A stretch of 64,000 nt of DNA, taken from assembly GCF_008831285.2 (NCBI RefSeq), contig NC_045138.2:18662001-18726000 (forward strand). Direction: 5' to 3'. Position numbers and translations under genes: made by a program. The notes beneath the pieces were generated by a model, which searched no databases, was not told the DNA's origin, and saw only the letters and a program-made list of their open reading frames with translations. Below, one piece after another: positions 36,001 to 50,792 of this stretch; the stretch's first letter is position 1, and the number at the start of each line of letters is the position of its first letter. The stretch is from Nymphaea colorata. Lineage: Eukaryota.

Positions 36001-38997
36001 AATAGCACAAGCTCAGTATGACTTCCTGTATTTTTTCAAAATTTCTTATCAAGTTTTAATAACACAATGCACAACATTCCTAGTGGCTCGAATCACAAAA
36101 TCAAAAGCTTTTTCCAATAATATCTTCCACACATACACAGACACTATGAATTTTTGCTAGATGTATGGCATAAGTCTTATTAAGCTAGATGGCTTTATTT
36201 AGTCATAGGGTTGATTACTTTATTAAAAATAAAAGCAATGTCAAAAACATCATTCTCAGGAAAATATCGGTGAGGTTGTTCTCAGATTACTTTTGGCAAA
36301 TTTTTCTCAAGAAAATTTTGGAAAAAAAATCTAGGAAGATTTAAAAAAATAAAAAATCCTAACAAATCAGAGAGAATAAAATAATGAGAAACCAATAAGA
36401 AAAAAATCACCAAAAATTTATTAAAAATTTGTGAAATATTCATTTTTTTGAATTTTCTCAATATTTTTGTTTTACTTGTTTTTCTCATAAATATTGCAAG
36501 ATTTTCAAAAATCTCACGATATCTGTGATAGATATTTAAAAGGAGGAAAAGCTAATGCCTTTTCATAGTACATGATTATTAAACCTTCTTATGGATGGGT
36601 CAGTATTGGCAGAACTGTAGTCCATGAGCATGAGAACGGTTTCCATTGAAGGGACATTATATAGGAGGGGCTGCACCAACAAAAGATGAAGATGTGACGC
36701 TTGATTTTCCTACATCGCTTCGTGTTTTGATTCTTCATATCCACTTGGGACAAATCAACTGGTTAATTTAATGTTTGAAAGTAACAAGAGGAGGCCATAA
36801 AAGCAAGTTACACCTTTATAACATCACCAGTAACCCCAAGAATTTCCTGTACAAGGGGAACAGCACAAGTATCTCCACATAAGTGCAGTTCATCTGCAGC
36901 AATACCTAATAATGCACGCGTGAATGAGAAGCCTCTAGTATTACACCCTATCATCTGAAAACAGAAAGCTGAATCAGTAAACAAGGATAGAGGCTGACTC
37001 CCTGCCTTTCTAAGCAAGAAATAAGCAATGCCTTGTCTGAGACAAAGACAACAATGTAACAGTTGATAACATGTTAAATAGATTCTGCAACAAAATAGTA
37101 GACAGATGTTAGAATCCTAAATGGATGTTACACCAATTGGACTATGTGGATAGGAAGAACACAGGAAGCATAAGTTCAGTAACATTTCAGCACTAAAATC
37201 TGATTATAAGATTCTAGATGATATAGTCTACCAAAAGCCCACAAGCTTGAGTTCTCAGATTACACAATATTAGTTATTGTAAATTTGTGATTAATCCCTG
37301 AATTTTAATGTAGTCATCCAATAAAATTTATAATCCATATAGTTATACAAAAGCTTTGTTCTCCTGGTTTATATAGACATTTTTCAATGTCCAGATCCAC
37401 AAGCTGCTTTCATCAAATGTGTCTAGGCTTGAATAGTCCGTCAGATCCCAAGCATCTTAAGCTTATGACATACCTCATTTGCACAGGCATCAAATCGAAT
37501 GGAACATAAACCAACTTATGCCAAACATCACAGCCACAGTAGTACATCTCATTTTGATTTTATAATGCATGTGCACATGCTGACCTCATTTTCTTGTTCC
37601 CTTTAGATTTTTAAGAATTTTTTGGAAGATTGATATGTACATGGTGGTTGCTTGGTAACACTAGTAGCAGAAACTCACCATTTTGTGGTTGTTTTGGGGT
37701 GATATGGTTTACTTCACTGAATAAGCATCACTTCCTGATAAAAGTCCACCATCTAAAGAGCACAGAAGGCTCTGCTTTCAAGACTCTTTTTTATGGAACA
37801 TACTTTTTCGATTAGTGGTGTAGCTTTGAAACCATACATTTTGATTTATATTCAAGCAGAGGGATGTCAAACAAGCATAAAAGGTTTTATTACTTTATCA
37901 TGTTTTTAGCCTCCCACCAACTAGTACCAATTTAGATTGATCCCTTTGTCATGACTTCTAGATTTTGCACAAGATTGAGATTGCAAATGCATTTTTGCTC
38001 ACAGAAACTCCTAAAACAGATGCTAGCAGCAGAAAAAGCCCTTATATAAATTGGAAATGCATGGAAGCTATTGGAATCCAAGCCATGCCTGAATTTCATC
38101 AATAACTGCACACTTGTAGTCGCATATCACATCAGCCATTTCAACTGTAACTGAGTTGTGCTTTGCCCCATTGATCTCCTCCCTTTCTTGGCCTGTTATC
38201 AGATTACAAGGGACATTTACCTTGTTCAATCTTTTAGCCACTTCCCATGCCAGGAGCCTTAAAGGCCCACAATATAACCCTGTGGTCAACCATAAAAGAA
38301 AACACCATTCTTGAGGCACATTTAAGGGTGTAAGCACATGCATCTAATTATAACTGTCAGTTAAAATGTAAGAAAGTTTGGCTTGAAGGATGACTTGTAA
38401 GCACACCTGAAGAGCTTGATTCCAACTGCTTCAGAGCATGATATGTTTTGCCACTGTTTGTAGGACCAACATGAAGGAAAATATTCCGTTTCTTCCTCCG
38501 TGCAAGTGGGTACCATGTATGGGGACGACTGCATTCAAGCTAAAATTAGTGCTATAATCAACATTGTGCTTTATGTTTCATTAGTTTGCACTTTGCATCA
38601 GTTATAAACACTATCCTCCCCAACAAAGCTGCTGAAAGCTACGCTTCATCTGATGATTCTGATCTATAAGGACATCAAAATCTTAACACATGCACATTAT
38701 GCACCCATCTTTTAGAAAAGTGTAAAAAACGACACATGCAAGGTTAAGCAACTAGGATCCATGATACAAATGGACAAAATAGAAATGAAACCGATCATGA
38801 ACTTTAAAGGATGAAGCCCTTATTAATCATTTTGAACATAGACCATATTCAACATGATAAACTGCAATACTGCCTTACGTCAAGTCAGTGAGGTCAAATT
38901 TTGAGTTGCTGCAAACACTGCTGAAATGCCCATAACCACTAGAAGCGGCTGAGAAAGAATGAAGTGCGCCTCCCAAGCGTCTCCAGAAAAGTTTCAT
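26768..38997 (-). CDS. SUV3: Mitochondrial DExH-box RNA helicase SUV3, about 539 aa (N-terminus may extend upstream)
   Basis: Exons 38997-38879, 38528-38407, 38279-38089, 36954-36814, 35943-35821, 33744-33667, 32887-32719, 32423-32311, 31031-30951, 29231-29166, 28994-28930, 28549-28504, 28431-28315, 27215-27124, 26864-26768 (1620 nt, in phase). Motifs [64 protein letters not shown]. Confidence 0.95.
29841..30597. mobile_element. hAT-type non-autonomous element in a SUV3 intron
   Basis: Perfect 8-bp flanking direct repeat AGTGAGAC (29833-29840, 30598-30605); CGTATC/GATAC subterminal motifs; ends ...GGCACTG; related to 47608-48620. Confidence 0.8.
30782..30882. repeat. Perfect 50-bp tandem duplication in a SUV3 intron
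   Basis: attcagatctgttttataccaaaatctgatttacataacctttcaagaaa twice. Confidence 0.9.
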
Positions 38998-41900
38998 GGT
39001 ACCTGCAAGCGTGTACTCATATCAAACTCAACCAAAAACGTCCACATGCCAACAATGCCTTGCAAAGCAATATACATAGAAATGGATTTTGTGTTTTCAA
39101 AAATATGTACCTAATCACGCCAATATAACAGACCAAAAACAATCGCCTTAAGATAAAAAATACTAAATATCTTCATGATTTGAAGGTATAAAAAAATGCA
39201 AAATAAACCGAAAAACATAAAGGAATTTGTCGAAATGTTCAGAAGTAGACAACGATAGTGATGATAAAATCATCCGACCGCCACCGATGTCATACGAAAT
39301 TCACAAACGAAGACACCAAATGAAAAGAAAGAACCAGAAGTTTGTTTGTTAATCCAACGAAAAGCACCCGCCCATACCCAAAAAATAAAAAGCCGAACAG
39401 ACATCGTGTTACAAAAACAACACACATCACATAATAGACATAACCGAGAGCTTAAGACCATGGGTCCAATACTGGTGTCAAGAAAATCATACAAATTGCA
39501 AAGACAGTGATCATACGATCATAACAGCATAATTAATATCAACTAACTCGTAGGAGAAGCCCCCCAAGCGAAAACGGAACACAAATTTGGCCAATGTGCC
39601 TGCCAGGAGGCGCCTTCTTCACGTTATCAAAGATATGGGCGGCAGAGAATTATCAGAATAAAATGGAAAGTTAAAAGAAAATCATTCTTTCACACAGAAT
39701 AAGAAGAGAGAGAGAGAGAGAGTTTCCACCTAGGGATCCCCACACGATAAATCATATCACCCAGCTCTCCGAATCAATGCGACCTCCGACCGAAAACGTG
39801 CAAGCTGAAATACAACTCTATTCCAAGCTTTCTAAAGAAAAGGGAGATAAGAAAGGATGACGAAGAAAGAGAGAGAACGGAAGCCAGTGCTCCAAATTCG
39901 TAAAGAAAGAAAGAGAGACAGAGACAGAGACAGAGGAAATGTCGGCCGCGAAAGGTGGAGCAGGGCAAAACGGGGGAGAAGGCAGACGTGAGGCCTTTGA
40001 CCCGCGGGAAGAAGGAAGAAGAGCAGAGGACGCTCGACCACCGCGGGTCGCGTTGCAGTCTCAGAAGGAGTTCGGATTAGTTAGTCACTAGACCACGTAG
40101 ATCCATACCTGTATTAACGGATCAGCATCTTCTACATAATATTCTACATTGACCCGAAAATGTCGAGCTCTTCAACCGCAGGAACGATGGCTTAACTGAT
40201 TGTGCCATTTCATATGTGATCTTGAATCCATCACATTCAATTCTTAAAAATATTATAAAAAAATTATATAAAAACTAAAGTGTGTAACTTTAATATATAA
40301 TTGAATTAAATTATATCCATAGGAATAAGCATCGTAGCAGGTTGTGTGTGTTATGCCCTGTTATTATGGCATGTGAAAGTGCGCCACATGCAATTGAAAT
40401 CTAAATTTCATCTAAAATGTACATGAGCTTGATTGCTTGGAATTTTGATTCATTAATGAAAATTTCATAATCATGAATTTAATAAAAAATTCAGCACCCC
40501 TTTTTTGGTTAACAGGGGAACTTGCTTTTTAAAAAAAAAAAAAAAAAGCTAAAAAACAAGGGCCTTTAAGCCTAAGAAACTTTTCATTGCATCTTGTGGA
40601 TATATAATAAGAATGATGATTATAAATTACTTTTTAAAACAACTTATTTTTATAAATAATATATGAACTTACCATTTATCTTACCATAACTCACATTTAA
40701 ACTAAAGTTAAAAAGCCAATCTTAAAAGTCTTAGCGACAGACTTTCCATCAATTGGATCCAACTGAAACTGAAGTCGATCCGGGTAAGGACAATAGATCC
40801 ATCACGGTATTGGACGCGGTAGGCAAGTACGTGTGAGAGGAGTTGCATCTGACGGGAACCATACGTTCGAACCTGATTGGATCCAATTCAGTCTCACCTT
40901 AGATCTAAGGCTATCAAATGTTGCATAAGGGACAAAACAATCGAAAAGGATTGTACGACCTACAGTGCGATTCCCAATCTTTGATACTGGCTGCCAGGGG
41001 CACAAACCTTTTATTTTTTTTTTTCAATTTACATGTAAATTTAAAAAAAAAAATTATTTAGTTTATATAAAAAAATTAAAATATGATATTTCAGCTCTTA
41101 TCAATATTTTAAAATTATAATTTGGTCTTTCTCATAAAATATTTATAGCTTCATGATTGGGAAATGTATAGCAATTAGATGCTGTCAAACATCTGACAAA
41201 ATATCTCTTTTTGAATATGAAGCTCCAAAAACTGTCCCCATTTCTAAGAAGAAATTGGTAATCCAACCAAAAAGCTAGAGAATTGAAACCTACTTAGTTC
41301 TGATTTCTCTTTTATTTTCTTTTCACTTATCAAAAATATAAGCCCATGTCCGGTGCTTTTGGATCAAATCGGACACTCCATGACATACCCATCGGGAAAT
41401 GCGTGGACTTTCAGGTTCTTTCACGTTTGACTGAGTCATCGATCGGACCACCCGACAGCGTTATTCGGTTCAACATGATCGGCATCAGTTTGAAGTTATT
41501 TTTTAATATTAAACTTGTGGCCCCTTATTTTTAGGTCCTCAGTTATCACTTTATATAACACTTTCGAGAATCGAATTAGAAACCTATCTTAATCTTAGTC
41601 TGATCAGCTACGCTATACTCTTTGAGGCATGATGTTATAAAATAATTTATAAACTTAAAAAATCTCATATGAATTACGTTTTTTAATTTTTTTAAAAACA
41701 AAGCAATATTGATCAAAACATGTGGGATTGAGTGGGCAATTGCCCATACGGTCCCACATGAAAGACCCGCTCACATGTTAGTGTCTCATAACCATTTGAG
41801 GGTCGGCCTTCTAGGTGTTAAAAATTTAAATGCGCTTATTATTTAAATTTCAATCAATAATTGATGTGCTTCTGCACCATTGCCTTGAACTCAGGCAAAG

Positions 41901-42493
41901 ATGAAAATATATTTGTAAATTACATAAATGCCCTTGTTTAAAACATGGGAACACCTCTTCCCATGTTAGCAACCTGACATGGAAATCGGCACATTTCCGT
42001 CATTACCGCCTATGGTATGACACGATATTTGCAAGATGCCTATGGAAATCAGCACATTTCCGATATTTCCGGATTCGAATAGTGAACTTGGTAAGAGGAG
42101 GGGGATCCCCTTAGTCGTAGCGCTTACTTGTGATTTTCTAAAAACAGGAGAAGCAAAGAAAAAACGAAGACGGGGCAAGAAGAGGCCCGCCACCTCACCA
42201 GTCGTCACCTTCCCTCCTTCCTTTCCATCTCTTCCTTGCCATTGTTGCCCAGCAAAACAGTCCGATCCGCTCTGCGCGTTCCTACCGCTCGTCGATCTCC
42301 ATTTCCTGGTAACCTCTTATGAGTTCTTCTTCCTCTCCTCTTTTCAAGCCTTCTGTAGTTGCTGAATTTGCATTTGGCGGAGATGATTTTTACTGTAGCT
42401 TGAGCTATTCTTTTCACGGGTTTGGAGGCCCATTTTTGGGGTTCTGTTTGTAATGGTTTCTGGGGTTTTTGGTATTGGACGCAGATCGATCGG

Positions 42494-45400
42494 ATGGACT
42501 CGTTGTCGGGAGTCAGCGGCACTCTCGCCGAGCTCGATGGGCAGATCGCCGACATATTCCGAGCATTATCGTAAGTGTTGCGGAGTGCATCCGTGTTTTT
42601 TGATTTACATTGTCATTTTTTTTTTGGAACAATGGTTTCCTTATTCCTGGTACTGATGTTGGTGTTGAATATGTGGAGCAAGATTGGATTCTGGTTCTAC
42701 CTGTTTGGAGATTGCATATGCATTTCGCTTTAGCATGTGTATTGCGGTGAATGTCTAGATGGCATGGACGTTGGATGCCAACAATATAAATTTTTTAGGG
42801 ATTTGGCAAGTGAAATGTTTTCGTTGAGTTTGGCTGTGTTTCGGAAGGTTGAACTTTTGGAATTGAGCTTCAGAGATTTTGAGTTACAGCGGATCAGCTT
42901 TGTAATAAACTAATGTTCGTGCCTTTAATTACTGAAGGGAAAGCAATTCTTAGTTCTGGTGTTTGACTAATGAAGAAGTACGTAGATCGCTTACGGAAAG
43001 TACTTAAAAAGAGTATAACGAATTGCTCACCGGCTTTTTCGGAGCTTACTGTTTTTTTCAGATATATTATCTGCAGGATACGTAATCCACTTGGAAGTTT
43101 ATCTGGTAGATTTAGATGGTGCTTTTTCAAGACAGCCCAAGGGGATGTATCATTAACTTTCTTTCACCTCTCCATCACTTCTAAACTTGTACCGTTAATT
43201 TTCTAATTTACTTCTCCAAATTATTTCTTCACTGGCATGCTCTTTCCTGTCACTCCGTTACAAGTATTTTCCATGTCTCTTCACCAACTCGCTTCATGCC
43301 ATGTGAGTAAGAACACTTACTTTCTTTTTGAAGTATGCCAACAATTGCAAAGGATTTTGTCACACAAGTTAATGCATCTATTTTGCCTCTATGTTGAGCA
43401 CTTAAATTGGTTTCTAAATATGTGTCACTGATGTGATGCCATTGTAGTGTGAGATTGGAAATACATTGTCGGTCATGGACACTGAAATCCTAGTGCTAGA
43501 CCATGCGGACTGAATGGAAGCCTGTCTTTAGGTAGAGGGTGTTCAAACAATAATGGAAAGTAAAATGAATGTTGATTTAGAGTTTTGAACATCGGGAAAT
43601 TTGTCAATTCATTTCACCTGAAAAGTTTTTCAGAATGCTGTCATTATTGTACTTATAAAATGTAAACAATGTCTTCTTTTGCAGCAACGGGTTTCAGAAA
43701 CTTGAAAAGATCAAAGACGCAAACAGGCAGAGCAGACAGTTAGAAGAACTTACTGGAAAGATGCGTGAATGTAAAAGGTATGTTGCCTTCATCAGCTTGA
43801 TATTGGATGTAGGTGTTAGTCTTAATTGTTAATGACATTATTATAATTTCTCATAGTTGGAATTTCTTGGCGCTTCAAAACATTGCCTGAATATTACTTT
43901 CTTTAACATCTCGTTGAAAACAGAAAAATAAAAAAATCAAAAAAAGTGAAAAAATTCCAACAATTTGAACATATTAGAAAATTAAACATGTGAAAATATC
44001 AAATTATTGTGTACAAGTAAAAAAAATGTTTTCTATGGCATGCTAAACTCTTGACAGTACTGAATTTTATCATGCTTTTTAAGAAGTCAGTGCACAATTC
44101 ATAATTTTATAATTTTTCTTATTTTTTCTCCACGAATAAAACAAATTTATTTTAATACCCAAGAAAAGCCTCACTAGGGGTGCTTGAGAAGAATACTTGT
44201 TACAATGCTTCAAAGTAATTGCTAGGTCAAAAAGTTGGATAATTGATAACATGTTTCGTTTAGCCTCATTTTCCACTGGGTTGTTATACAAAGGCATTGC
44301 TTGCTTCTTTCACATATGTCTATGTTGATGGTTCTGTATGCAAGTAAAATTGACATAGTTTGATTGATTTTGAATGCACAAATATGGATTTTTCACACGT
44401 AGCTGCTATTTTTAATTAGGCATGTCGACTTTTCTGCTTACACCTTTGGCACTTAGCACAATTTCATTGCTTTTGCAAGCGTGAAATTATGGCCCTTTGA
44501 TGTTAACAAATGCTTCAGTTTCTTTCTGCTTGAGTTTGCCATTGGTTTTCTGGTCCTCCATATTGTTAGGAGGACCATGTTTGTTATTAAATTTTTTTTG
44601 AAGGCATTGGTAAATTTTGTTCCTGGTTTCACTACTTTGCTCCAGGCTTATTAAGGAGTTTGATCAAGGAATCAAGGAAGAGGAGGCCAGTTATGATTTT
44701 GAAACTAACAAGATGCTTAGTGAGAAAAAACAGTCAATGGTGATAATCTACTTCTTAAGAACTGTATAGCAATTTATAATTTTCACAGTACAATGTTTTA
44801 AAACAAAACATAGCAGTTATGCACCGGCTTCCTAACTTTCTAATGTTTAACTAATTTCTTGGTCTATTATTTTGCAGATTAAAGAACTGAATTCCTATGT
44901 TGCATTACGGAAGAAGTATGTGCTGAATTATTTTCTGATGCATTTATGTTATCTTTTCTATAATATTTTTAGCTTGCATCTTTTAAAGCAAAAGTTGAAT
45001 ACTTAGGGTTCCGCATTCAACGACACAAAAGTTAGCTTAATGGGCAGATAATCAAATTATCTAATAAACTACTAGACAATATATGATTTTTCGGTAGCTT
45101 AAGGAAGATACATGGGCTTGGTCAAGCATAAACAAATGATTTATGTTCATATTTTCGCTTGCATCTGAATCAGATAAGTGATGGCCAGTTCAAGTGCTAA
45201 TGGAATTATCTTGTTAGCGTCAAGGTGCTACCTGATCATTTAAGTCATCAGTTAGTTAAAGAATTGTTTATTATTTGGATATGCTAGTTTGCCTTTTTTC
45301 CAATAATGTCTTGTGACAGCATGATGATAACAATTTCCAAGCAGCAAAGACATAGACGTGCATGAAGCCAGAATTACATGTATTAGGAAAAAAATACGAA

Positions 45401-48400
45401 CAAATGAGTGATCACATTTTCCTTAGATCAATCTGACTGTTTCAGCAGTACATACACACGTATGTCAGCTTGCCTTGCTTGTTGGTGTAGAACCTAGTTC
45501 CTTGCCTCGAGGTACACCCAGGTTTGGCATGGCAACAAAGGGGATGAACACCCACGTGCTTCAGAAACTCATGATAATTTGTCAACTTAAATTACATTGC
45601 TGATTGCATCTGGTCAGATGATGAGTCTCTTGTCCACCTGCTGACTTCATATTTGATTGAAGGAGGGAATGTGACCACTTTTTCATCTTGTCAACCTGCA
45701 TCTGACAACTTTCATTAGCAAAACCTGACAATGGTAAAATAAATAAAAACTCAATGAAAAGCACGTGCCATACTTGCAGGACAAAAAATAAAAGAAGAAA
45801 TGTGTATTGTCTGTGCTGTTTTTCTAGAATAATCTGATGCCCAGGATGGTCTTGTATTGCATTTGATCATTGTGATGATGAAATTATGAGATTTTTATAC
45901 CTGTATGACATTTAGGAACAGAGCTAAATGACAAATATTTATTTACCTTGAAAATTTCTGTATGGGTTGCATCACCGTGTGAGAGAATAGAACTCCATTA
46001 GTACTCAGCCATGGGCTCAGCATCTGATCTTTGGTCAGTGCACTTAGGAAGACCTTGTATACATTTAACAAATTTAACCAATCTATTATTTAGATTGCAG
46101 GAATTACTATAAATTAATTATTCAATAGGCCTTCATTTATGAGGTATATGCAGTTATGCGTGTAGTCCTCAAAATTGAAATGCATACTTTGTTATGTATT
46201 GACATACCTGAGTCTCTAACAATGTTGCCCAAGAATGCTTCATGGTTATCAGCCATCCTTGTTTTCATGCTGTGAGACCAATATGCTATTTGTGTATCTG
46301 AAACTTGTTATTAAATTTTGTATATTTATGCGATCAAACAAAACTTTTGCATGCTTAGACAGACAGGAAGTATATGGTTACCTTACTGTAATCATCTTGG
46401 AGCAAAATTTTAATTGTAAAATTATTAAACCCCAAAATGTAGCTGTGCCAAGTTTAGTTGTATTGATAGACTGACCTGATATACTTTAGCCGAGAAAAAA
46501 ACATAAATGCTGGATCTCTTGTTATGTCCATGCTTATATTAGGTTGGTTGTAATATTATTTCTGATAAAAATCTTCTCTTGCTTCGTTTATGATAATTCC
46601 AATCTCTAAGGCCACCTTTTTGCTCTGATCAATGAATAGGTACTCAAGCTCCCTTGACAATAAGCGAGTTGACTTGTTTGATGGACCTGAAGTTAATGAA
46701 GGGCCTTCTCAGGATAATGGCATGCTAGCTTCAAGTAAGCATCGTCCATAAAAGGATTCTTTTCGACCGACTCTTTAGACTTTCTCAAAGTTTGAGCCCC
46801 GAAAATTTTATTGTCAAAATGGATCTGTGGAACAAGAAATATTCTCAGCACAAATGTTATTGAGATCAAGCAGCTAATGATGCATTCAGGCAAAACAACC
46901 TTGACTATTTGTTGTGAACATTATAGACCAATGACCTGGAGGGATAAAACTGAGTTCGTGAATGTTTTTCCAGTACTTACATGGTTGTACTCTAAGTGGT
47001 GGAAATTAAGTAGGAACGAATTGTTGACGTGTTTAGGAAGAGTTCCATGACTTGGCTTACATATGAGGTCCAGAAATTTGGGCCAATCTTCTATTCGTTA
47101 TGCAGAGTAATCAATTTACTTTATGTGATACTAAAACTTTTCCTGTAAAAAATGTCCAGCTTAATTGAAAAACAAGGACGCTAAATCCAACCCGACTTTT
47201 TTTATTCATTTTCAATAACTTGTCTAAAGCTATTTCAGTTTCCACAAACTTCAGTAAGAGAAACCATTTAGGAGAACTGAATGCAACTTCAAGGGCTGTG
47301 CATTATACATTTGGTAATACAATCAAACACAAAGGGAAAAAAATATGTAATATATGATATCAGAAGTTTAATTATAGGAAAAAGTGCAAACCTCTGTGAA
47401 AGAAGCAATCTGAAGGCAAACCAAGAATTGCTGAACCACTACCCTCATATGGCCCATGGGTGTGAAAGAATTATAATATGATTACAACTATGTAGAATTC
47501 TTGGTGGTACTTCATGATGTTATTGAATTGGAAAAATGATGTAAATATGTGGCCTCTTTGCCTATAATGTCTAGCAGTATCGTAATCTTTTAGGTAGATA
47601 CCTTTATCAATGTTGTAAAAGGCATATCGTAACGTGTATTGATCGGGCTGGCCTATATTCCATATCATAACGTATTGTAAATGTAGCATAGCATATCGTA
47701 AATTCAATTTTTTAATTAAACAATTAAAAAAAATAGAGAAAAATTCAACAAAAAAAATGTATTCCATGTAAAAAAAACTCATCACGCATAAACGATATTT
47801 ATGATTATCATTCATAAGCAATAATATATTAACAACACCATTTAGGAATGAGAAATCATAGATTCAAAATAACATAATAAGTATCTGTTACAAGTTTAAA
47901 CTTTAAAGTGTTTTAGATTATATCACAAGTTTACAACATATAATCATCCATTACCGAATGCCAAATATCATGACGACGCAGGAGTAGTCTACCTCATATT
48001 AGATTTAGATTGGATATATGTTGGATTCATATTATTTGATTTGGTCCTTTATCTGTTTTATTTATTAGGTTGAGTTTGGATTTCATTTTGTTAGTTTCAG
48101 ATCCATTTAGTTAGAATTCTCTATTTAAAGGACACGTATGATTAATTTAGGAAAGGGAAGTTGATTAATGAAACCCTAATTTCTTGTTCCTTCTTTGTTT
48201 TCCTTTGTTTCTTCCTTGCTTTTTGTTGTCTTACCCTCTTGTTCTGCTTAGTTCGTGGTTGATCGCAGGGATTAGAGCTAACTCTAGTCACTGCATCACA
48301 TGATTATCCTCAATCAATGATAATCATCATCATCTTCAAATTCATTATCATTTTCTTGGTTAATTGTTTCAATGCCTTCAAATGGAATGTCCTCACCAAT

Positions 48401-50745
48401 ATATGGTCTAGTTTCTAGAAAACTATCCAAATCTCCCCCTCCCACAGCTCTTAGAGATGTTTAGAATGCAAAAGGGAGAAACCATTTTTAAAAAAGCAGC
48501 TCAAGTCCCCTTTTTCTTTTTGTTCCCACATCGCCTGTGTCATACGATACGGATCCGTATCACATGATACAAGCAATAGCCAATGATACACATGCGTATC
48601 GTGCGATACGGATAACACTGGCCTTTATCATTATTGTTACTCTTTTTCTGAAGCATAATCCTTGAATGCTGCTGCTATGTTATCATTCTTTTGCTGTCCT
48701 TTTTTTGGGGTACTGAAGTATAATCCTTGAATGCTGCAGCCATGACTAACCAACAGTTGATGGACACTGGACACAGAATGATGAATGAAACTGATCAAGC
48801 AATACAGCGATCAAAGCAGGTCATTGTTCATTGTAAAATCTACAGTGATCTTCTGCATGTCTTGATAGCCATGAATAACCGTTCATTGTAAAATCTACAG
48901 TGTTCAAATCTTCTGTCGTTCTTGATACTCCTGGATATTCGTTAACTTGTCTTCCAACTCTGAGAAGGATTTTGAAAATATTACTCACAGATTAGGAGGT
49001 AATGCAGTATTTCAGCTAGGTAATGGAAGTGGAAGCTTCAATTGAACCTAAGACAATGTCATAGTAGTATGACAGCCGTGTGCAATTTATTTTGGGTTCT
49101 TCTTGGACCGGATTTTCCTCAAGCTTGTACCATTGTCCATTCCTTGCATTTTTTCTGGTCTTGAGAAACGTAGAGCTCTTTGATTACATTGCATTGTAAT
49201 TTTTCTGAGAAAATTAGGAGATTGTGTTTATTTTCTCACTTTTAACCTGCATGCACTAACTCACTCTGAGGATGAGCGACAGGTTGTTGAAGAGACAATC
49301 AATGTTGGAGCAGAGACAGCAGCTGCCCTCAAGGCGCAGGTCTTTAATCATGACTATGAAAACCTACTTTTTCTTTACAGATATTGTGCTAGCCTCAAGT
49401 AAAGATTGTTTATGATTATCTTCAGACAGATCAAATGAATAGGATAGTGAATGAACTGGACTCTATTCATTTTTCAATCAAGAAGGCTTCTCAGCTTGTC
49501 AAGGAGATAGGTAGACAGGTTTGTGTTCTTTTTTGTTCTTCCTATTAGTTTGTGGGATTGAAAGTTGTAATTGTCCAGTAAGATGGAGACCTTGCTTCAC
49601 AGGAACATGACATAACTCCATCTGAAATTTGTCAAGACAGAGCTTGTCTTCAATGAATGAACTTTCTGCTTCTCTTTTATTTACTCTTGGACATGGCTCT
49701 ATTATGTGAGACATTGATTGCTTGACATTCTTTTTTACTTTTTCTGCCAGGTTGCCACTGACCGGTGTATCATGGCCATGCTTTTTCTGATTGTTTGTGG
49801 TGTGGTTGCTATTATTATTGTCAAGGTTAACAGATGCTCTATTGCCCTGCTTTTTTCTATTAGAAAATGCATATCCTTAAGGTCTTTTTCAGCCATAGAT
49901 ATGTTAAATATTCCTATCTCTTGCAACTCATGCCATACTTACAGCTGAAAATATTTATATAGACATGGAAACATTTGTTTGATGGTTTCATGTTGGCACT
50001 GAATCCTATGATTTTGTTCAAATCCGAATTGTGGGATAGGTTAGTGGATAATAATCATAATATTGATGCCAACTATTTCTTGACTACCTGAAGTCAAAGG
50101 TCTTGCATCATTGATCAATAGTACAATGTCCTCTGAGCTGCATTAAGATTGGTTTGGATGAACAAATGCATATGCATGCACAATTTGCGCGACTTGCATG
50201 TATTTATTTGCAATGAAAAGCTTCAACAGGCTCAGATTGCACTCCTAATTTCCTACACTATGTTCATCAAAAAGATATCTTCGTATGTTCAGAAACAAAA
50301 ATATAATAATAAGACGTTGTTTCTGCCCAAAAGGAACTAGGAATTCCGTGTTCATGTTTTTTGATTACTTATTTAAGCATGTGACTGGCAATAAAATGGA
50401 GCAACTGCAAAATTTAAATTTGATAAGTCTTACGAGTCTCTTTGCAAATTTATGTTTCCACATACTGGTCACTATTTGCATCTCTCTCTCTCTCTCTCTC
50501 TAAGCATGAACATGGAATATATATATATATATTCCATGTTCATGCATATTACTTATTTAAACTTGTGACTGGCAATAATGTGAGCAACTGAAAAATTAAA
50601 ATGTGATAGGGCTACATCTTTTTTGTAAATTTGATAGTGCTTGATCTTTTTGCAAATTTACATGTCTACTATACGTGTTGTTTTATATATATCTAAATTC
50701 TAATATACATATGCACAGTGAGAGAGACAGATGCACACACATGAT

Positions 50746-50792
<47 letters not shown>

